A DNA stretch of 56,454 nt, the filler included, from Sphacelaria rigidula (Eukaryota): assembly GCA_964200075.2 (NCBI GenBank). It is 6 parts of 6 records of this genome, joined end to end, with 100 filler letters (N's around TTAATTAATTAA, not from the genome) between each part and the next. Parts side by side here need not be neighbours in the genome. Positions count along the whole stretch, not along the records: positions 47,130 to 56,454 come from CAXNAA020008740.1; 5 more parts are not named here. One strand, 5' to 3'. Made by a program: the position numbers and the translations under genes. Numbering within the stretch: position 1 is the first letter of the stretch; every line of letters begins with the position of its first letter. Of the stretch, positions 50,101-56,454 are shown piece by piece. The notes below the pieces were generated by a model, which worked only from the letters and a program-made list of their open reading frames with translations, was not told the origin of the DNA and ran no database searches.

Positions 50101-53100
50101 TCCCAAGAGCAGAGGAGCGGAGGGAGTAGGATCCTTGGTGAAGGCATATCTGTGTGACATTATAGAAGTGATCGACGACACGAAATTCGACGAGCGCATA
50201 TGGATAAGGGGAATGAAGGACTTCTTCGGGAACATGTACATGCCCCCAGAATCGAAGAGTAGGGTAAACGATATACAGCAGAGGTTTGGAAGGATAACAG
50301 CAGATGTACATGCTTATAAAAGGCAAGGAAGAGTAATGTTAGTGGGAGAATTTAATGCAAGGGTAGGAGAAGCAGGTCAACCGTATGATATCATTGGGTA
50401 ATACGGGGAATATGAGAAGAATACGAATGGGGTAGAAATGCTGAAGTTACTTGAGCATAACGAGATGAAGACGCTGAACGATGGAGCACAAATGCCAGAG
50501 GCGCAATGGACATGGACTTGAAAATGCAAAGATGAGAGAGAACGCTCCGTTCTTGACTGTGTAGTGCTCGAGCACGGAATTAGTAAAGAAATGGAAGTAC
50601 ATGTATACGCGGAAGACGTGGGAACTACAGATCATAGCCTAAGATGAACAGAAAGCCAGCAGACGAGAGATGAAAGAGATAGACGGGGTAGGAAGTTGCA
50701 CACTTGGAGAATCGATAACCCAGATACAGAAGAAAAATAACAAGAAAGAGATTGCCACAAAATGCAGTGAAATTTTCCGAGCTGTTGGAACGCATAGACA
50801 CAGTTGGTACCGAAATGGAAAGAAATCGGGCAGGAGCGTAGACTACAGAAGGATGTGAGCAGTTGGTCAAGAACACAGCGAGTAGAGTCAAAGAGAGGAA
50901 AGTGGATCGTATGCAACAGAGCAGTAAAATGGTGGGATGAGGAAGTAAAAGAGGCTGTAAGAGTAACGAGAGAGGTCCACGCGACATTTATACCGAGTAA
51001 CTACGGCAGGATGGGAGGAGTATACTGGAGCTCGAAAGGGAGTAAAGGAGATGGTACCGAAGAAAAAGAACGTAGTATGTTGAGATGTAGTGGAGAAAAC
51101 AAATGAAGATCTCGATGGCGGGATGAAACAAAGGTGGGTAGGGATGAAAGGGATAACGGGAAACCAGGCAGGAAAGATAAACAACGGGATAGCCGCACTC
51201 CGGGCACAGGACGGTAAAATGGTCAGTGGGTTGAAGGTGAAGAGAGAAGCGCTGGTCGAGAACTACCGTGAACTAGGAACACCAAGAAATAACACGGAGT
51301 TCGACATGGAATTTGAGGAGGAAACGAACACGTGGGCAGAGGCAAATGTAGAGACGTCAAAACGGGAGGATAGAGGCTCAAGAGAATTGCAGAGAGAGTT
51401 TACCAGAGATGAAGTTTGGGATTTTGATTGTTTGATTTGATTGTCGCACTTCAACTGAAGGAGTGCGTAGGTGAACTCAAGAACATGAAGGCAGCAGGGG
51501 CAGACGGAATTGTGAATGAATTTCCGAAGTATTGGAGAGAGGGAATGGTTACCATGATGGTTATGCTGTATAACTGGATCTGGAAAAACGAGTACACACC
51601 CAAGAGGTGAAGAGAAGGAGTAGTCGTCAACTTTTTCAAAAAAGGAGACAAGACTGACCCAGGAAACTATAGAGGAATAACGCAACTGAGCACGGTAGGG
51701 AAAATATTCTGTAAAATTCTGAACAATAGAGTAGGAACGATGCTACAAAAGGAAGAGAAAACCAGCGAGGGGCAAGCAGGTCTTGGACCAAACCGTAGTT
51801 GTGTAGACCATGTGTACACACCAGTTCAGATTATTCGGGGTAAGAAAGACACCGGGCTGACAACGTACTGTTTCTTTCTAGACGTGCAAAAGGCTCATGA
51901 CACAGTATGGGGGAATTGGTTGTGGGAAAAGATGTGGGAAACTGGGATCAGAGGAAAGATGTGGAGAATGGTGAAGAAGATGACAGAATGTGCCGAGAGT
52001 GCGATGATGCTAGACGGGGAAATGCCGAAATACTTTGATATTTTACAAGGCGTTGCGCAAGGATGTACGTTATCACCCACCTTGTTCAAGGTTTTTGTTA
52101 GTGACCTGACAATAGTAATGGAAGCAGCAAAGCAAGGAGTCAAGGTGGGTAAAGATATGGTATCAGGATTGATGTTCGCGGATGATATTGTGCGGATTTC
52201 AGGAGCAGCAAAATGATTACAGGAACAGATGGACAAGGCGCTAGCATATACTAGGAGATGGAGAGTGACAGCGAACGTCAACAAATGCGCGGTACTCGTC
52301 TGTAACGGAGATAAGAAAAATCCGGTAGAGTTCAAGTGGAAGTGGAGAAAAGAGGACCTACCGATCGCAGACCAGTATACATACCTTAGCGTAGAAATGA
52401 AAAAAAGCTGTTCTTGGGATGCACACATAAACAAAGTAGTAGAAAAGGGTAAGGCACAGACTGGAGAGATGGACGTGATCCTCAGAGACCCGCACCTAGA
52501 CACTAGGATCAAGGGATGTATTCTGATGAACGTGATCGTACCAAAGCTGGAATATGCAGGAGAAGTATGGGAGGGAAACGCGAAGTTGGTGGAGGTTGGA
52601 AACAGTACAGATGGCAGCAGCTAAGAAGATACTTGGATGCCCGAAAACGACGAGTAATACAAGCACGGGATTTTTTATTGGGGATGAGAAATCCGGAGAA
52701 TTAAAGTCTTCGTATCCACACCAAATCTTCAAAATTGGTTCCATTTCTTCACCTACCGATAGCCATTGACAACTGCTACACGCCGTAGAAATTTGAATTT
52801 TGATCACCGAAATGTTGGGGTCCTAGGTGAAAAACCAACTCCGGGGAATCTCGGGTGTCCGAACGGACGCCAAAATGGTTCCGAAATTGGTTTTACACCT
52901 AGGACCCCAACATTTCGGTGATCGAAATCCAAACTAATATGGCGTGAAGCAGTTGTCAATAGCTATCAGTCGAGGAAGAAATGGAACCATATTTTGAAGA
53001 TTTGGTGTGAATACGAAGATTTTACTTCTCCGGGATTCTCATCCCTGATTTGTAAGATCCCGTGTTTACAGTGAGCAGAGTTGAAAATGTACTCCCTGAA

Positions 53101-54900
53101 AACTAACAGACATGAGAAAATTGCGGTGGCAATATAGCTTACAGAACATGAAGAGAAAGAGATTGCCGGCTATAGTTGATAGGGCTAAATGGGAGAAGAT
53201 GGCGAGAGGGCGGACTGGAATAAGGTGGGATAGAGAAGCCGAGAAAGTATGGGAAGAGATGGGAGAAAACCAAGACAAAATACTGTCGATACGTGGACGC
53301 GCGGGGTACAACATGAGAGTAAGAGACATGATCAAAATAAGGGGGAAAGGAGCGCTGAAACGCAAAGTAGACGAGGAAGAACACCTGAAGATATACGGGG
53401 GGTTAAGAGAGGGGATCGCGATGAGATCATATCTGCATGGCCCAATGGACGCGGCGAAAAATTGAAACTGCGGTTTCGGGTGGGGGATCTGGACCTGTCA
53501 GAAAGAAGGAAAATATTACCAGTAGTCGAGAGGGGGAGAAAGCAGATGCACAGAATTGCCCCTGTGGCAAAGCAATAGAGAGCGCAAGTCATAACGTTGC
53601 AGAATATGAACTAGACAAGGAGGAACGGAACGTGCTAGAGGGGGAAATGCGGGATGTGAACGAAGGTGGCATGGAATCGCTTGATGCATTAGACAGTAGG
53701 GAGAGAACGATTGGTATACTTGGAGACAGGTGGTGGCCACAGACGGCGAAACATGACGGGGACAAGATATGTAAAAGTTTTTGTGTAATGTATGGAATAA
53801 ACGTAATGAGCGCCTGAATATTGAAGGTGTCTCTACTAGGAGTAAGAACGGTGCTCCGTCTCGAAAGGGATTTGTGGTCAATGGCCAAACGACTAAGGCA
53901 AGCAACAAATGAGTACCTCCCCCTCCTCCCCCGCATTGAGGAGGCGGTTCGAAAGTAATCTAGCCCCCCATAGTTTGCTGTGAAAATATGATTGATGCGT
54001 AAGGCGTCACGCTATGTTTCATGCTATCCCTTGACTGTTGAGTGTTGGACGTAGTGTGCACCCATCGAAATACCGCAGAGATTTCGGGCTGAAGCTTCAT
54101 TCCTGTCTCTTTATTGATGGCTCTATGCGAGGTACGGCACTGACTGTGAATGGTACCGTTTATTATGATGTAGCCCAATGGACTGGTCATAACTGGCATC
54201 GTCGTGCTGAACAAGAATGCTGTGCGGCAAGTCGACGTCATCCTCTTTTGGCGAGTTCTCGTTTTGTTGCGCAAACTCCTGAGAAAGTTCGTAAGCCATT
54301 TTTCCTGTGTTCTCCGCATTTCGTACGGGTCCTACCGCCGACGTCAAATGAGAGACCACTGTGCTCATCGAAGACTGTCTGTCGCGAGCGCTGTGTCGGT
54401 GCTCAAGTAGCAGACTTTAGGTTGCGTGTATGTAGGGTTGAGCACGCACAAGTTGCTTGTTTAAAAAAACTCAAGTATGCTCTCGTTGAGGACCAGAGAA
54501 CGAGGAGACTGTTTGTCGCGGGACAAACCGTTTCGTGGATCTTGTCTCGGGGGCATGAATAACGGAAACCCAGGCACGTAATAATGAAAGTGCTCTCCAC
54601 GTGGGTACTCAACACGCTGAACATTCGAATCACATCATGCGCTTGCTTTTCTTGCGCGACGTGTCTACTGCCCCGCACAGAGTTCTAGCTTTGGAGCAAG
54701 CGGAAATCGGAGGCCTCAAGGTCTTGAACTACGCCCCTGGACCGATGGATACTGACATGGGTGCTGAAGTTCGCAATAGCGAATGCCCGATGTCCTCCAC
54801 GTACGTAGATGTCGATGAGACGGCCAAGAAATGCGTACGCCTTGCTTTTGCGGACAACTGGGAACCCGGGGAGCACATTGACTATTTCGACGACAAGTAG
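47177..54900 (+). CDS. SPR: Sepiapterin reductase-like short-chain dehydrogenase/reductase (292 aa, 3 exons)
   Basis: Exons 47177-47453, 47926-48307, 54681-54900, phase-consistent. LITGASRGFG, LVARS, LVNNAASIG, HVSS, catalytic YSAGK-AARDM, VLNYAPGPMDTDM and C-terminal GEHIDYFD are characteristic of SPR. Confidence 0.9.
48340..53923 (+). mobile_element. Decayed LINE (APE endonuclease + RT) in SPR intron 2; 5' boundary uncertain
   Basis: Endonuclease LRIASWNV (about 49910), VGIQES, VGEFNARVG, TTDH. RT KAAGADGI, PGNYRGI, QAGLGPNRSC, FLDVQKAHDTV, GVAQGCTLSPTLF, MFADD (about 52172). Possible ORF1 relic at about 49080-49400. 3' tail ATGAGTAC plus C-rich run; many stops. Confidence 0.92.
52664..53064. 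mobile_element. Long-TIR MITE nested in LINE ORF2
   Basis: CACGGGAT...TTTGTAAGATCCCGTG; same family as 13042-13478. Confidence 0.9.
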
Positions 54901-56332
54901 AAGACCTGATGGGAATTATTTTGATGCTGTCAGCGGTTGGGCAGCTTTTTGTGGCTCGAAACGGGAAACGTTTTTGACAAATGCCGATTTCAGGGCTTCG
55001 GCTTTTCTTTGCTCACAAGATGAAGCGATGAGCCAGAGCATGGGGGAGGGGGGGGGGGGGGGGCAAGGATGACCCGCCGCTTGCTCGTTAGTTTCAGTGT
55101 TTGGCGTACTGATTGATTTATTGATCTGAAGTTGCACTTATATGGGCTTGTGCGCTACGGATCCCGCCGAAAGGATGTTTTTTTGTCTACGGGCCGGTGC
55201 TGTTCCGACTTGTATGCCTTCTCATCTCACAGGGAGGGTGTTGGACAGACCTGCAAGGACTACAGTGCATGGTATGATTATGAGTTTAAGAATCATTCGT
55301 GCTCCCCGTGTTCTGATACTTGGGTCTTTGGTTGTAGTTTTCGGCATGAGGTACACCTGAATTTAGTCGAGGTTTACTTGAAAGTGATCCCGGGTAATGT
55401 GGGCTTGATTTGAGTCGAAAAATAATCGTTCGTCGAATCATTGGGTTCCTCGTGCGTCGCACGTCCTCCCACGTGATTCATTACCTTTTTTATCGTGCAC
55501 ATCTTGCCCTCGAGGTAGGAACTTATTCCGCACACCTGTAGATAGAAAGCGTCCCGCAGCAAATCGGACGCACAAAGGCATCATACCATGGCTGAATATA
55601 TAGAGGGCACGCATGTTTTCTACGGAGGTGAAGGATCTCAATGATTACTGGGGTAAGGTGGTGTTTTCTTCCAATAAAATGAAGAGGAAAAATCACGATT
55701 AATTGACATCACGTGCTTTTTTTTCCCTTCAAGCTCGCGGTTCGGCATATCGAGCCACGGACTCCTCTCGGCGTAGAACCCTCCATTTTCTCCTTGCCTC
55801 ACTGCTGACGACCCATGACGTGTTTCATTTCATGTCACTTTTTATCAACAAAACAGACTGATTTGTTGCCATCGGTTCCATCTTGACGCCAGTGTCGAGG
55901 GTTTTCACATGACGCGCATCACGTCTGTCCCTTCGGTGCGTGTGACAGCTTGCCTCATTTTTATCAAGTGTGCACGTGTCGGTCAGCATGCATATTCGCT
56001 CCATTTTGAAAGCTGGATGTCTACGCTTTCCCTCATACTCGAGGGGAAGACATGGTCGGCTGCTTTGTCATGAGGCATGGGAATGGTAACCGGAAATTCA
56101 GCTTGTCTCCACGAGGCCCATGTCATACCCGTATGCTCCACCGCACCACTGGGAGGCTACACAAAAGAGTGGCCATGCCGTCTTGTGACTGTATAAGGGA
56201 AAGCGCCATCTACACCCGCTAGGGTTTTACCAAACGTTTCGCGATGAGTTCTGAAGAAGCGACGATCGCAACGGAAGAACAGAGAGCTGGAAGATGCGCA
56301 ATAGCATTCCGCCATACAAGTATTACCGCCGC

Positions 56333-56410
56333 GCACCGGTGGTGTAATGGTCCGACTGTCGCCATTAGGGTGGAGAGAACGGGGGTTCGATTCCCGATGC
56401 GTTGGGTTTT
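56333..56410 (+). pseudogene. tRNA-like sequence (tRNA pseudogene or tRNA-derived SINE head)
   Basis: A box TGGTGTAATGG 56340-56350, B box GGTTCGATTCC 56384-56394, imperfect acceptor stem GCACCG/CGATGC; anticodon arm non-canonical. Confidence 0.55.
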
Positions 56411-56454
56411 CTCTTGGTGATGTCCATGATTTCCACCGTGGAAAGCGTGAGAAC

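Noticed and set aside
54038..54562. 174-aa ORF in SPR intron
   Set aside because: No motif; the SPR frame is complete without it.

Overview
Eukaryotic, intron-rich and transposon-rich DNA. A brown alga (Phaeophyceae) is my best guess from gene structure and TTAGGG motifs; this is inference only. The window is not one locus. It is six contigs joined by artificial 100-nt linkers (44 N + TTAATTAATTAA + 44 N), so adjacency across linkers means nothing. Genes rebuilt by hand from GT-AG exons: a partial myosin motor domain (11 exons, 1087-8093), the 3' part of a PEX39-like KPWE-domain gene (9669-11466), the 3' part of a low-complexity minus-strand gene (16620-18752), a two-EF-hand protein (19453-23141) and a sepiapterin reductase-like SDR (47177-54900). 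Mobile DNA: an LTR-bounded Ty3/Gypsy chromodomain element lacking its RT core, a decayed Ty1/Copia pol, a decayed APE-RT LINE inside the SDR intron, a LINE/SINE 3'-tail family tied to poly(C) tracts, several MITE families (one Ginger-like with internal TTAGGG repeats), satellites and a tRNA-like SINE head. No CRISPR or prokaryotic system is present. The best leads are the PEX39-like gene, the poly(C)-associated non-LTR family and the Ginger-like telomeric MITE.
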